In this document: positions 39,490 through 49,677 of the stretch, in pieces
Position numbering within the stretch: the stretch's first letter is position 1
How the letters are laid out: every line of letters starts with the position of its first letter
DNA from: an uncultured Acidobacteriota bacterium
GTDB taxonomy: Bacteria > Acidobacteriota > Thermoanaerobaculia > Multivoradales > JBCCEF01
Reading direction: 5' to 3'
DNA length: 64,000 nt
NCBI GenBank assembly: GCA_963730155.1
Contig: CAVSQV010000002.1
Coordinates: 495,250-559,249, forward strand
Made by a program: the position numbers and the translations under genes
Notes under the pieces: generated by a model
Database searches by the model: none
Seen by the model: only the letters and a program-made list of their open reading frames with translations
What the model was told of the DNA's origin: nothing

Positions 39490-42400
39490 CTACGGGGGAA
39501 CCGTCGCCGTCCAGGCCGACGTGTCGCCCGACTCGAAGCCGTCCTCGAAGATGTCCGGCCCGAGCCCGGAGCAGGTCGCCAGGACCGTGTTCAACATCTC
39601 CTCGCGATCGGCGGCGGCCTGGACCTCCCACGGGTAGACCAGGAAGAAGGTCTTGTAAGTCCCGCTGTCCTTGTACAGCGCCGCGTTGCTGGCGTTGTTG
39701 CCGTCGATCACGACGCTGGCCGTGCCGTTCGGGTTGATGACGTCGGAGAAGTCGGTCACCCCGTTGCCGGCGTAGTTGAGAGCGGCCGGCCCGAAGCCGT
39801 CGAACGGTCCGCCCGCGAGGCCGAGCACCGACGTGTAGTTGCCGTTGTCGTCGGTCACCGAGGCCGTGCCCAGGAAGTTCTGCATGAAGGTGGTCAGGCC
39901 GCGGTCGAAGTGGTAGTCCTGGCTGCTCATGAACAGGCACTTGCTGCCGGTGTTCAGCCAGGTGCCGAGCGCCGCCTCGCCGGCCGCGCCGGGTCCGGCC
40001 GCGCCGCCGAACTCGTCGCCGGTGAACCAGAGGACGAACTGGTAGGGGGCGAGATCGGTCGCGGTCGGCTCGCTGTCGGAGTTGCCGGTGTCCCAGACGT
40101 CGAAGCCGGCGATACCGACGATCGTGTTCAGCGTCGCCTCGTTCAGCGCCCGGGTGTCCGGGGTGTTGTCGTCGTCGTCGACCAGGAGGATCGGCGGCAC
40201 CGCCGCCGTCGTGAAGCTGAAGATCGCCGACGTGGCGCCCGCGCCGCAGATGTTGGCGGTGCGGACGCGCCAGAAGTACTCGGTCTCCGGATCGAGCGCG
40301 GTGGTCTGCACGTGGCTCGTGCCGGTCACCGTCACCGTGTAGTCGATGCTGCCGAATCCGCCGTCGTCGTCCACCTCGAGGATGTACTCGTCGCCCTGGG
40401 TCGAAGCCGACCAGGTGTAGGTCGGAGCCAGCGCGACGTCGATCGCGTTGTCGGCCGGAGCGGTCAGGCCGGGCGCGGTCGGGACGGCGGTGAAGACGCT
40501 CAGGTTGAGGTTGACGTTGAAGAGCGTCACCGTGTCGTCGCCGGTTGCCGTCATCAGATAGTCGCCGGCGGTGACTCCCACGGTGTTGCCGATGGTCAGC
40601 ACCGTGTCCTCCGGCAGCGGACCCAGCACCGGATCGGGCACGAAGACCGCGGTGGTGCCGGCCGGGTTGCCGGTGACGCTCATGTCGACCGGCGGCGCGA
40701 ACGGCGCCGAAACGGTGATGGTGTAGGCCGCGTCGGTGCCGGCGCAGATCGCGACGTCGTTGTCCGCCGCCGCCAGGCCGGCCTGCGGCGTCACGCTGGT
40801 GCAGGCGCTCGCCGGGCCCATGCAGGAGTCCGAGGAGCCGAACGCGGCGACGACGTACGAGTACTCGCGGTCGTTCTGCAGACCGGTGTCCGAGAAGTTC
40901 GTGCCGGTCGTCTCGCCGACGATCACCTTGCCGAACTCGCACTGGAACTCACCGTCGGTGCGGTAGATCAGGTAGCGGGTGGCGTCTGGCACCGCGGCCC
41001 AGGAGAGATCGGCGCCGTTGTCGTTCGGCGAGCCGGTGACGATCGGAGCCGTGGCCGGCCGGTTGGCGCAGCCGCTGTCCTGCACGGTCGGCGTGTTGCA
41101 CGCGATCTGGTGGCGGTTGAAGGCCGAGAAGATCGCCTGCATGTGCGGCGTGCCGTCGGTCAGGTTGCCGTTGTCGTCGTCGACGCCGAGGAACTGCTGG
41201 TAGCCGCTGACGGCGGCGCAGCCGCCCTGGGTGCCGTTGGTGAGCACGAACCAGGTGGTGACGTTGTCGGCGCCGAGGTAGGTCAGCCGGGTGGTGATCT
41301 CCTGGGAGGTTTGGTCGTCCATGGTGTAGATCGTCGGCAGGTCGCGCTTCCAGAGGTCCCAGACCGACTCGGAGTAGAGCGTGCCCCGGCAGTGGACGCT
41401 GCCGCAGTTGGGGTTGCCGTTCACCCAGGCGACGGTGTGGGGCAGGCCCGTGGTGCGGTTGGCCCAGTCGACGTCGCGGATGCCGGTGCAGCCGGAGGCC
41501 GGCGTGCACGGGTCGCCGTAGCCGCCGCAGAGGGAGCCGTCGATGAAGAAGCCGCGGCCGACGCAGGACTGGGCGAGGCGCAGCGCCGCGTAGAGGTCCG
41601 CGATGCCCTCGCCGGGCGAGGAGACGGTGCCGGCGGTGCCGTTGTCGTCGATGCCGTGGCCCCACTCGTGGTCGAACACGCCGGCGAGCTGCCCGGTGTT
41701 GCCGCAGGCGCTGCCCTCGCGGTAGAAGTTGACCGTGCCGCCGCGCCCAGAAGGCGTTGCAGGTCTGGTTGATGTTCATGTTCGAGGTGAGCTGGCTGTT
41801 GAGCCAGGTGTTCGCGGGGGCCAGTGGCCGCGGGCCTGCTCCGCGATCCGGTTCAGCTCGTAGAAGCCGGTGCGCGACGAGTGGGTGTTGCCGGCCGAGG
41901 CGCCCGCGGGCGTGGCGCAGTCGACGCCGGCGCTGAACCCGAGGTCGAGGTCGCCGTCCGGGCTCGACTCGTTGATCGCGCCGCAGTTGTCGTTCATGCG
42001 GATGAACGGCCCCTCGAGCGTCGGTGCTCATGGTGCCGGTGGCGTCGAAGACGTTGCCGCCCGAGTCGGTGGTGGAGGTGCCGCTCGTGTGGGTGACCTT
42101 CGCGAACGGCATCGGGTAGCCGGGCACCTCGACGCCGTCCGGGATCGCGCCGTCGTAGGAGGCCGGGTAGACGCCGCCCTTGACGTTGCGGCCGGCGTAG
42201 TGGTTGGTGTCCTGGAGGCTGATCACCGCTCCCGTTGTGGGCGTCGATCGCCGCCTCGTAGCGCTGGCCCAGGCCGTCGAACTCGGGCTCGAGGATCCAG
42301 GCCAGGCGGTGCGACCAGCCCTGGCCGGCCGGGCCGCCGGTGCCGACGGGCAGCAGCTCGAGGCGGGGCTTGTCACGGTAGCGGTCGGGGACGGCCGGCG

Positions 42401-43049
42401 CGAGGTGGTCGCCGAGCCGGTCGATCGCCGCCTCCGCGGTCAGGGTCGGGACATTCGATTCGCCGATCGTCCCCCAGCGCTCGGTGCCGAGCAGGATCAG
42501 GTTGCCGTGGTTGATCGTCGCGACGACCGCGGCGCCGCGCACCGGGACGCCGTTGATCTGCCGGGCGGCGTGGATCTGGACGATGTCGCCGCCGTCGGCG
42601 ATGCCGACCTGCTTCTCGAGCTGGGCCGGGTCGATGCCGAGCTGCTGCCGGTTGGCGCGGAGGAAGTCGACGAACTCGTTCCAGGCCGCGTCGCCGAGCG
42701 CCTGGCCGTTGAGCGACGCGGCGTGACCGAGCTGGTTCCAGGTCAGGTCGTTGCCGACCCCGCCGCCCGGGATCAGCGGCCGCTTGAGCCAGAGGGTGGC
42801 CCAGTGCAGGCCCCGGGTGTCGACGATGGCGTACTGCGAGTCGAGCCCGAGCACCGTGAGACGGCTCTCGAAGTCCGCCGCGAGGCCGGGGGGGAGATCC
42901 GCGATCCGCGCCAGCGACGGCTCGGCGTCGAGGCCGGCGAGCCGGACCTCCTTGTCGGCCAGGGGCGAGGCCGGCGGCTCGACCAGCGCGAGGGCCGACC
43001 CGGCCGTGAGCAGAAGGGCACCGGCAACCAGCGAGAGCTGCTTCTTCAT
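39490..43049 (-). pseudogene. Secreted HExxH zinc metalloprotease paralogue 2 (longer, with extra C-terminal Ig/FN3-like and other domains), interrupted by about four frameshifts between 41745 and 42240
   Basis: The N-terminus is in ORF 41994..43094 (MKKQLSLVAGALLL...IDAHNGS). The middle pieces lie in ORFs 40949..42376 and 41776..41997 (VISLQDTNHYAGRNVKGGVYPASYDG..., FIRMNDNCGAINES..., NTWLNSQLTSNMNINQTCNAFW). The rest is in ORF 39490..41679 (FDHEWGHGIDDNG...). All pieces are colinear with the intact paralogue. Confidence 0.75.
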
Positions 43050-43082
43050 TCCTAGTCTCCCGGTCATTTTGAGGGTTTGCAT

Positions 43083-43092
43083 AGGATACACC
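43083..43092 (-). promoter_or_regulatory. Conserved upstream motif GGTGTATCCT (minus strand) before protease paralogue 2
   Basis: The same 10-mer occurs at 45503-45512, at a similar distance (about 35-48 nt) from the other paralogue's ATG. TATCCT could be a -10-like element. Confidence 0.3.
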
Positions 43093-43130
43093 ATTGGCTA
43101 CTCCTGTCTATCCTGCGAATCCTCGCGCCG

Positions 43131-45464
43131 TCAGGGCACTGCGTCCGTCCAGGCCGAGGTGTCGCCCGACTCGAAGCCGTCGGCGAAGAGCGGCCCCGGC
43201 GTCACGCCGGCGCAGGCGCTCACCGGACCCATGCAGGAGTCCGAGGCGTTGAAGCCGGCGACGACGTAGGAGTACTCGCGGCCGTTCTGCAGGCCGCTGT
43301 CCGAGAAGCTCGTTCCGGTGGTCTCGCCGACGATCGCCTTGCCGAAGTTGCACTGGAACTCGCCGTCGGTGCGGTAGATCTTGTAGCGCGCGGCGTCGGG
43401 GACCGCCGCCCAGGACAGCTCGGCGGCGGTGTCCCCCGGCGTCGCGGCGACCACCGGAGCCGTCGCCGGGCGGGCGGCGCAGCCGCCGTCCTGGACCGTG
43501 GGCGTGGCGCACGCGATCTGGTGGCGGTCGAACGCCGAGAACAGCGCCTGCATGTGCGGCGTGCCGTCGGTCAGGTCGCCGTTGTCGTCGTCGGCGCCGA
43601 GGAACTGCTGGTAGCCGCTGGTGGCGGCGCAGCCGCCGCCGGTGTTGTCGAGGACGAACCAGGTGGTGACGGCGTCGGCGCCGAGGAAGGTCAGCCGGGT
43701 GGCGATCTCCTGGGCGGTCAGGTCGTCCATGCCGTAGATCGTCGGCAGGTCGCGCTTCCAGAGGTCCCAGACCGACTCGGAGTAGAGCGTGCCCCGGCAG
43801 TGGACGCTGCCGCAGGAGCCGTTGCCGAGCACCCAGTCGACGTCGTGGGGCAGGCCCGAGGTGCGGTCCGCCCAGTCGACGGTGCGGACGCCGGAACAGC
43901 CGGACGCCGGCGTGCACGGGTCGCCGTAGCCGCCGCAGAAGGTGCCGTTGATGCGGAAGCCGCGGCCGACGCACGACTGGCCGAGGCGGAACGCCGCGTA
44001 GAGGTCGGCGATGCCCTCGCCGGGCGAGGAGACCGTGCCGGCGGTGCCGTTGTCGTCGATGCCGTGGCCCCACTCGTGGTCGAACACGCCGGCGAGCTGG
44101 CCAGTGTTGCCGCAGGGGCTCCCCTCGCGGTAGAAGTTGACCGTCCCGCCGCCCCAGAAGGCGTTGCAGGTCAGGGGGATGTTCATGTTGGAGATGAGCT
44201 GGCTGTTGAGCCAGGTGTTGGTCGGACCCGGGTCGGGCCAGTGCGTCCGGGCCATCTCGACGATCCGGTTCAGCTCGTAGAAGCCGGTGCGCGAGGAGTG
44301 GGTGTTGCCGAGCGAGGCCCCCGGCGGCGTGGCGCAGTCGACGCCGCCGCTGATCCCGAGGTCGAGGTCGCCGACCGCGGCCGACTCGGCGATCGGGCCG
44401 CAGAGGTCGTTCATGCGGATGAACGGCCCCGCGAGCGCGGTCGTCATCGTGCCCACGGCGTCGAAGACGTTGCCGCCCGAGTCGGTGGTCGAGGTGCCGC
44501 CGCCGTGGACGACCTCGGCGAACGGCATCGGGTAGCCGGGGACCTCGACGCCGTCGGGCAGGGCGCCGTCGTAGGAGGTCGGGAAGACGCCGCCCTTGAC
44601 GTTGCGGGTGACGTAGTGGTTGGTGTCCTCCAGGCTCAGCACCTCGCCGGAGTGAGCGTCGATCGCCGCCTCGTAGCGGTTGTTCAGGCCGCTGAAGTGG
44701 GGCTCGACGATCCACGCCAGCCGGTGCGTGTAGCCGCGGCCGATCTCGCCCTCGCCGCCGACCGGCAGCAGCTCGAGGCGCGGCTCGCCGCGGTAGCGGG
44801 CCGGGTGGAAGGGGGCCAGGTGCCGCTCGAGCCGCGCGATCGCCGCCTCCGCGCTCAGGGTCGGGACCGTCGGAACGTCGATCCGCCCCCAGCGCTCGGT
44901 GCCGAACAGGATCAGGTTGCCGTGGTTGATCGTGCCCGCGACCGCGGCGCCGCGGACCGGAATGCCGTCGACCTCGCGCGCGGCGTGGATCTGGACGATC
45001 TCGCCGCCGGAGAGGACGCCGACCCGCCGGGTCAGCTCGGCGGGGTCGATGCCGAGCTGCAGGCGGTACTCCCCGAGGAAGGCCACGAACTGGTCCCAGG
45101 CCGCGCCGGCGAGGGCTTCCCCGCCGGGTGCGGAAGCGTGCCCGAGTTGGTTCCAGGTGAGCTGGTTGCCGACCCCGGTGCCGGGGATCGTGGGGCGCTT
45201 GAGCCAGAGCGTCGCCCAGTGGGCGCCGCGCGTATCCACGACGGCGAACCGCGAGTCGAGGCCGAGCACCGTCAGGCGGCTCTCGAAGTCGCTCGCGAGG
45301 GCGGGGTCGAGGTCGCCGATCCGCACCAGCCTGGGCTCGGCGTCGAGGCCCGCGAGGCGGACCTCCTTGTCGCCGAGAGGCGACGCCGAGGGTTCGACGA
45401 GCGCCTGCGCCGAGCCGGCCGAGAGCAAGAGGGCGGCAGCCACCAGCAAGAGCTGATTCTTCAT
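43131..45464 (-). CDS. Secreted HExxH zinc metalloprotease paralogue 1 (intact, 777 aa)
   Basis: The signal peptide is MKNQLLLVAAALLLSAGSAQA. The active site is GVFDHEWGHGIDDNG. The catalytic region is Cys-rich, an FN3-like domain follows (LSWAAVPDAARYKIYRTDG), and the C-terminal motif is DGFESGDTSAWT. Confidence 0.8.
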   Translation of the reverse strand: MKNQLLLVAAALLLSAGSAQALVEPSASPLGDKEVRLAGLDAEPRLVRIGDLDPALASDFESRLTVLGLDSRFAVVDTRGAHWATLWLKRPTIPGTGVGNQLTWNQLGHASAPGGEALAGAAWDQFVAFLGEYRLQLGIDPAELTRRVGVLSGGEIVQIHAAREVDGIPVRGAAVAGTINHGNLILFGTERWGRIDVPTVPTLSAEAAIARLERHLAPFHPARYRGEPRLELLPVGGEGEIGRGYTHRLAWIVEPHFSGLNNRYEAAIDAHSGEVLSLEDTNHYVTRNVKGGVFPTSYDGALPDGVEVPGYPMPFAEVVHGGGTSTTDSGGNVFDAVGTMTTALAGPFIRMNDLCGPIAESAAVGDLDLGISGGVDCATPPGASLGNTHSSRTGFYELNRIVEMARTHWPDPGPTNTWLNSQLISNMNIPLTCNAFWGGGTVNFYREGSPCGNTGQLAGVFDHEWGHGIDDNGTAGTVSSPGEGIADLYAAFRLGQSCVGRGFRINGTFCGGYGDPCTPASGCSGVRTVDWADRTSGLPHDVDWVLGNGSCGSVHCRGTLYSESVWDLWKRDLPTIYGMDDLTAQEIATRLTFLGADAVTTWFVLDNTGGGCAATSGYQQFLGADDDNGDLTDGTPHMQALFSAFDRHQIACATPTVQDGGCAARPATAPVVAATPGDTAAELSWAAVPDAARYKIYRTDGEFQCNFGKAIVGETTGTSFSDSGLQNGREYSYVVAGFNASDSCMGPVSACAGVTPGPLFADGFESGDTSAWTDAVP

Positions 45465-45502
45465 TCCTAACCAAGCCTCCCAGAGAGTTGAAGGGGCGCC
45501 AG

Positions 45503-45512
45503 AGGATACACC
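45503..45512 (-). promoter_or_regulatory. Conserved upstream motif GGTGTATCCT (minus strand) before protease paralogue 1
   Basis: This 10-mer is identical to the one at 43083-43092. Confidence 0.3.
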
Positions 45513-45563
45513 GTCGGCGGCGGTTCCGTCCGCCCTGGGCGATCGTCGCGGGCTGCCGAACCG

Positions 45564-46814
45564 CTAGGGTTCGTGGTCGCGGCCCGGCGAGCCCGCCGAT
45601 CGGGCCCCGCCGTCCCGGTAGGGCCGAAGGAGCTTCCGCGCCAGCGCCAGCTTGTGGACCTCGTCCGGCCCGTCGTAGATCCGCGCCGCGCGCTCGTGGC
45701 GGTAGAACCAGGCGAGCGGCGTGTCGTCGAGCATGCCGAGGCCGCCGTGGACCTGGAGCGTGCGGTCGAGCACCCGGCCGAGCGCGGCGGCGACCTGGAA
45801 CTTGATCATCGAGACCTCGGCGCGGGCGGCGCGCCAGCCGCGGCGCTCGATGGTCCACGCGGTGTGCAGGGTCAGGAGGCGCGCGGCGGCGATCTCGGCC
45901 GCGCACTCGGCGATCCAGGCCCGCACCAGGTCGCGGTCGGCGAGCGCCTCGCCGGGGGCGATCTCGCGGCTCACGGCGCGCCGGCACATCAGGTCGAGCG
46001 CGCGGGCGCAGATCCCGAGCCAGCGCATGCAGTGGTGGATCCGCCCCGGCCCGAGCCGCTCCTGGGCGATCACGAAGCCCCGGCCGCGCTCGCCGAGGAG
46101 CGCCTCCGGGCCGACCCGGCAGCCCGAGAGCCGCACCTCGGCATGGCTGAACCAGCCGCCGCCGGCCTCGCCCATCACCGGCAGATTGCGCACGATCTCG
46201 AAACCGGGCGCATCGGTCGGCACCAGCAGCATGCTGGCCCGGCGGTGGGGCTCCGCCTCCGGGTCGGTCACCGCCATCACCACCGAGAGCGCCGCCCCCT
46301 CGGCGCTCGAGACGAACCACTTGTGGCCGTCGATCGTCCAGCCGCCCCCCGCGGACGCCGGCGCCTCCTCGGCGCGCGTCGCGAGCACCGTCGGGTTCGA
46401 GCCCGGGCTCCCCGGCTCGGTCATCGCGAAGCAGCTCCGGATCTCCCCGGCGGCGAGCGGCCCGAGCCAGCGCTCGCGCTGAGCGGGCGAGGCGTGGCGG
46501 TCGAGGATCTCGAGATTGCCGGCGTCCGGCGCCTGACAGCCGAACGCGAGGTGCCCGAGCGGCGAGCCCCCGACCGCCTCCGAGAAGAGCCCCAGCTCGA
46601 CCAGCCCGAGCCCCATGCCGCCCAGCTCGCGCGACAGCCCCGGCGCCCACAGGCCGAGCCGGCGGACCCCGGCCCGGAGCGTGATCACCGCCGCCTCGGC
46701 CTCGGCGTGCCGGCCGGCGAGGAGCACGGGCTCCAGCGGGTGCAGCTCCGCCTCGACGAAGGCGCGGACGCGCGCCAGCATCTCCTCGGTGGCGGGGGGG
46801 ATCGCGAAGTCCAT
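45564..46814 (-). CDS. Acyl-CoA dehydrogenase family protein
   Basis: The ORF is 416 aa with typical ACAD segments (CFAMTEPGSPGSNPT, GHKWFVSSAEGA, IYDGPDEVHK). Confidence 0.85.
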   Translation of the reverse strand: MDFAIPPATEEMLARVRAFVEAELHPLEPVLLAGRHAEAEAAVITLRAGVRRLGLWAPGLSRELGGMGLGLVELGLFSEAVGGSPLGHLAFGCQAPDAGNLEILDRHASPAQRERWLGPLAAGEIRSCFAMTEPGSPGSNPTVLATRAEEAPASAGGGWTIDGHKWFVSSAEGAALSVVMAVTDPEAEPHRRASMLLVPTDAPGFEIVRNLPVMGEAGGGWFSHAEVRLSGCRVGPEALLGERGRGFVIAQERLGPGRIHHCMRWLGICARALDLMCRRAVSREIAPGEALADRDLVRAWIAECAAEIAAARLLTLHTAWTIERRGWRAARAEVSMIKFQVAAALGRVLDRTLQVHGGLGMLDDTPLAWFYRHERAARIYDGPDEVHKLALARKLLRPYRDGGARSAGSPGRDHEP

Positions 46815-46831
46815 CGGAGGGCTCGGGTCGG

Positions 46832-47311
46832 TCAGGCGAGTGTAACCGGTGGCCGGCCCGGAATCGACCCGATCTCGATCGACCCATCGTGGAAGGTGGT
46901 CTGGAGAGTGCCGTCGGGCAGGACGCGTTGGGAGACGACTCGCGGGCGGTCACCGAGGAGGGCAAGGCAGATCCGATGATGGAGCTCGTCGAACGAAAGG
47001 CGCTCGTACTCTGCGCCGGTGAAGACCAAGAGGGGATCGATGTACTCCTGGCCGGCGCGTTCGCTGCCCTTCGTCGTCTCCTCGGTGACGATGTACACCG
47101 CGCGGAGTCGGTGATCGTCCTCGCCGTCCAGCTCGATCGCCGGAGGCAGGAAGTCGACGAACGGATCACCGTCCTCGTAGCCGAAGCCTTCGGTCGGAGT
47201 GCCGACATGCCCCGGCACGGCTTGACCATGAACCTCGATCCATTCGCAGCCGAGGTAGTACTGCCCGGTGCGTGGAAACTTGAGGCTCCACAGCGTGGCG
47301 TAGATGCTCAT
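46832..47311 (-). CDS. Hypothetical protein (159 aa), upstream of and co-oriented with the ACAD gene
   Basis: The product begins MSIYATLWSLKFPRTGQYYLGCEWIEVHG. G+C is lower and the amino-acid composition is balanced. I recognise no motif. Confidence 0.5.
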   Translation of the reverse strand: MSIYATLWSLKFPRTGQYYLGCEWIEVHGQAVPGHVGTPTEGFGYEDGDPFVDFLPPAIELDGEDDHRLRAVYIVTEETTKGSERAGQEYIDPLLVFTGAEYERLSFDELHHRICLALLGDRPRVVSQRVLPDGTLQTTFHDGSIEIGSIPGRPPVTLA

Positions 47312-47444
47312 CGTTCTCTCCCCGGCGCCGTGAGGCACCGCGTTCAGAGCCTACGATAGGGCGCGGCTGCGCGGCCGTCCCGGCACGCGCCGCCGGACTC
47401 GCTCGGGGAGCCCGTCGGCAGGCGCTTGTAGACTCGCGTCCGCG

Positions 47445-48706
47445 ATGCACAGGCTCGAGGGTCAGGTTCCGCGGCCGCCATCCGCCGGCGATGGGCTCGA
47501 CACGGCGGCCCCGGTCCGCCCCGGCGAGGAGCTGAACCTCGACCGCCTCGCCGCCTACCTCGCCGAGCACCTCCCGGGCGCCACCGCCGACCTCTCCGCC
47601 GCCCCCCTCTCGGCCGAGCAGTTCCCGAGCGGTTTTTCCAACCTCACCTACCTGCTGCGCCTCGGCGACCGCCGGCTCGTCCTGCGCCGGCCGCCGTTCG
47701 GCGCCAGGATCGCCACCGCGCACGACATGGCGCGCGAGCATCGGATCCTCTCGGCGCTCGCGCCGGTCTACCCGAAGGCGCCGCGGGCGCTGCTCTTCTG
47801 CGGCGATCTCGAGGTGCTCGGGGCGCCGTTCTACCTGATGGAGCGGGTCGAGGGGGTGATCCTGCGCTCTTCGGTCGCACGCGGGCCGGCACCGGCGGCC
47901 GAGCGGTTGGCTGCGGCCGCGGGCGCTCTGGTCGAGACGCTGGCCGAGCTGCACGCGGTCGACTGGCGGGCCGCCGGGCTCGGCGACCTCGGCCGGCCCG
48001 AGAGGTACGCCGGACGCCAGGTCGAGGGGTGGACCGGGCGCTACCGGAAGGCGGCGCCCGCTCTCGACGGGGGCGGGATCGAGGAGATGGACCGCGTCGC
48101 CGCCTGGCTGGCCGCGCGCGTCCCCGCCGGCTCGGGCGCGGCGCTGATCCACAACGACCTGAAGCACGACAACCTGGTGCTGGCGCCGGGGGATTGGGGC
48201 GGGTCCTCGCGGTGCTCGACTGGGAGATGGCGACGGTCGGCGATCCGCTGCTCGACCTCGGCACCACGCTCGGCTACTGGGTCGATCCCGGCGATCCGCC
48301 CGAGATGGTCGCGCTCGGCCTCGGCCCGACCGCGCTCCCGGGCAACCCCGACCGCGCCGGCGTCGTCGAGCGCTACGCCCGCGCCTCGGGGCGCGACGTC
48401 GGCGACGCCGTCTTCCTCTATGCCTACGGGCTCTTCAAGCTGGCGGTGATCGCGCTCCAGATCTTCGCCCGCTGGCGCGCCGGGCACACCCGCGATCCGC
48501 GCTTCGCCGCGCTCGACCGGAGCGTCGCCGCCTGCGCCGGCACCGCCGCCCAGGCGATCGCGCTCGGGCGGATCGATCGGCTGTACGGCGCCTTATCCCG
48601 ATCCGCTGACCGCGGGGTGCCGTACCTCGACCAACTCGCCGGGCGCGGCGTGCGAGTCGTTGGTCGAGGGGCAGTGCGGGCGCACCAGCCGCCGCCCGCG
48701 CGGTAA
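47445..48706 (+). pseudogene. APH/ACAD10-type phosphotransferase with one frameshift near 48195-48205 (3' end uncertain)
   Basis: Frame A carries FPSGFSNLTYLLRLGDRRLVLRRPP...LIHNDLKHDNLVLAPGDWG. Frame B (ORF 48029..48706) continues with RVLAVLDWEMATVGDPLLDLG. Confidence 0.7.
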
Positions 48707-48777
48707 CATCCACGAAACCTGGCGGAGACCGTCGCCGAGGCGAGGGGCCTCCCGGCGGACCGCCGCGGAGATCGCAG

Positions 48778-49146
48778 GTGACCATGTCTGCCCAGGGCCG
48801 GCTGGAAGAGCGCCTTCGCGGCGTCCTCGAGCGTCACCCGGAGATCCTCGGTGCCTACCTGTTCGGATCGCGCGCGCGGCGCGACGAGCGCGACGGCTCG
48901 GATGCCGATGTCGCGGTGGTCTTCGACGGCCCGGCGGGTCTCGAGCGGACGGTCCTCCTCGCGGACGAGTTGGAACGCGCGGCCGGCCTTCGGGTGGACG
49001 TCGTCGACCTGTCCCGGACCGGGGCGTTCCTGGCCCTCGAAGCGATCCGCGGCGAGCGGATCTTCGAGCGCGACGGCCGGCGGCTCGACGAGCTCGACCT
49101 CTACATCCTGCGCCGCGCCGGCGACCTGGCGCCGTTCGAGCGCTGA
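48778..49146 (+). CDS. mntA: MntA-type minimal nucleotidyltransferase (type VII antitoxin)
   Basis: The motif is LFGSRARRDERDGSDADVAV (GS-x9-11-DxD). A HepT gene follows directly downstream. Confidence 0.8.
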   Translation: MTMSAQGRLEERLRGVLERHPEILGAYLFGSRARRDERDGSDADVAVVFDGPAGLERTVLLADELERAAGLRVDVVDLSRTGAFLALEAIRGERIFERDGRRLDELDLYILRRAGDLAPFER

Positions 49147-49179
49147 GCGCCGGCGGGCGCTGCTCACACCGGAGGAGCG

Positions 49180-49638
49180 GTGAGCCCGGCCCGCATGCGG
49201 AGCGCCGTCGTCTCGGACAAGACCCAGACGGTCGAACGGATGCTCGCCGGCGTGCGCAGCCTGCCGCTGGCGAGCGAGTCCGAGTTCCTGGCCGATCTGC
49301 GGATGGTGGCCGCGGGGGAGTCGTTCCTGCGCCGGGGGCTCGAGGCGCTGTTCGACCTGGGGCGTCACATTCTGGCCAAGGGGTTCGGCGAGCCGATCGC
49401 CGAGTACAAGTCGATCGCCCGCCGTCTCGGCGAGTTGTCGGTCCTCGATGCCGCGCAGGCCGAGCGTCTGGGGACGATGGCGGGTTATCGCAACCGCCTC
49501 GTCCACTTCTACGACGAAGTGACGCCGGCCGAGCTCTACCGGATCCTGACCGAGCACGTCGACGACGTCCGCCGGCTTCTCGATGCGCTGCGGCAGTGGG
49601 TCGCTGCACACCCGGATCTGATCGACGATTCCCTGTAG
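49180..49638 (+). CDS. hepT: HepT-type (DUF86) RNase toxin
   Basis: GYRNRLVHFYDEV contains the R-x4-H-x-Y motif. Confidence 0.8.
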   Translation: MSPARMRSAVVSDKTQTVERMLAGVRSLPLASESEFLADLRMVAAGESFLRRGLEALFDLGRHILAKGFGEPIAEYKSIARRLGELSVLDAAQAERLGTMAGYRNRLVHFYDEVTPAELYRILTEHVDDVRRLLDALRQWVAAHPDLIDDSL

Positions 49639-49677
49639 AGATCGCTCTCCTCGAAGTGCGCGGAGCCGCCGGCCGCG

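Noticed and set aside
46393-46404. A tRNA T-arm-like string, GGGTTCGAGCCC
   Set aside because: It lies inside the acyl-CoA dehydrogenase coding region on the opposite strand. No acceptor stem, anticodon arm or D-arm can be drawn around it. I found no other tRNA-like signatures in the window.
43108-47229. A 1373-aa minus-strand ORF spanning the protease, ACAD and neighbouring genes
   Set aside because: The sequence is an Arg/Pro/Gly-rich artefact. The same DNA encodes the intact 777-aa metalloprotease, the 416-aa acyl-CoA dehydrogenase and a 159-aa protein in other minus-strand frames, all with recognisable motifs.
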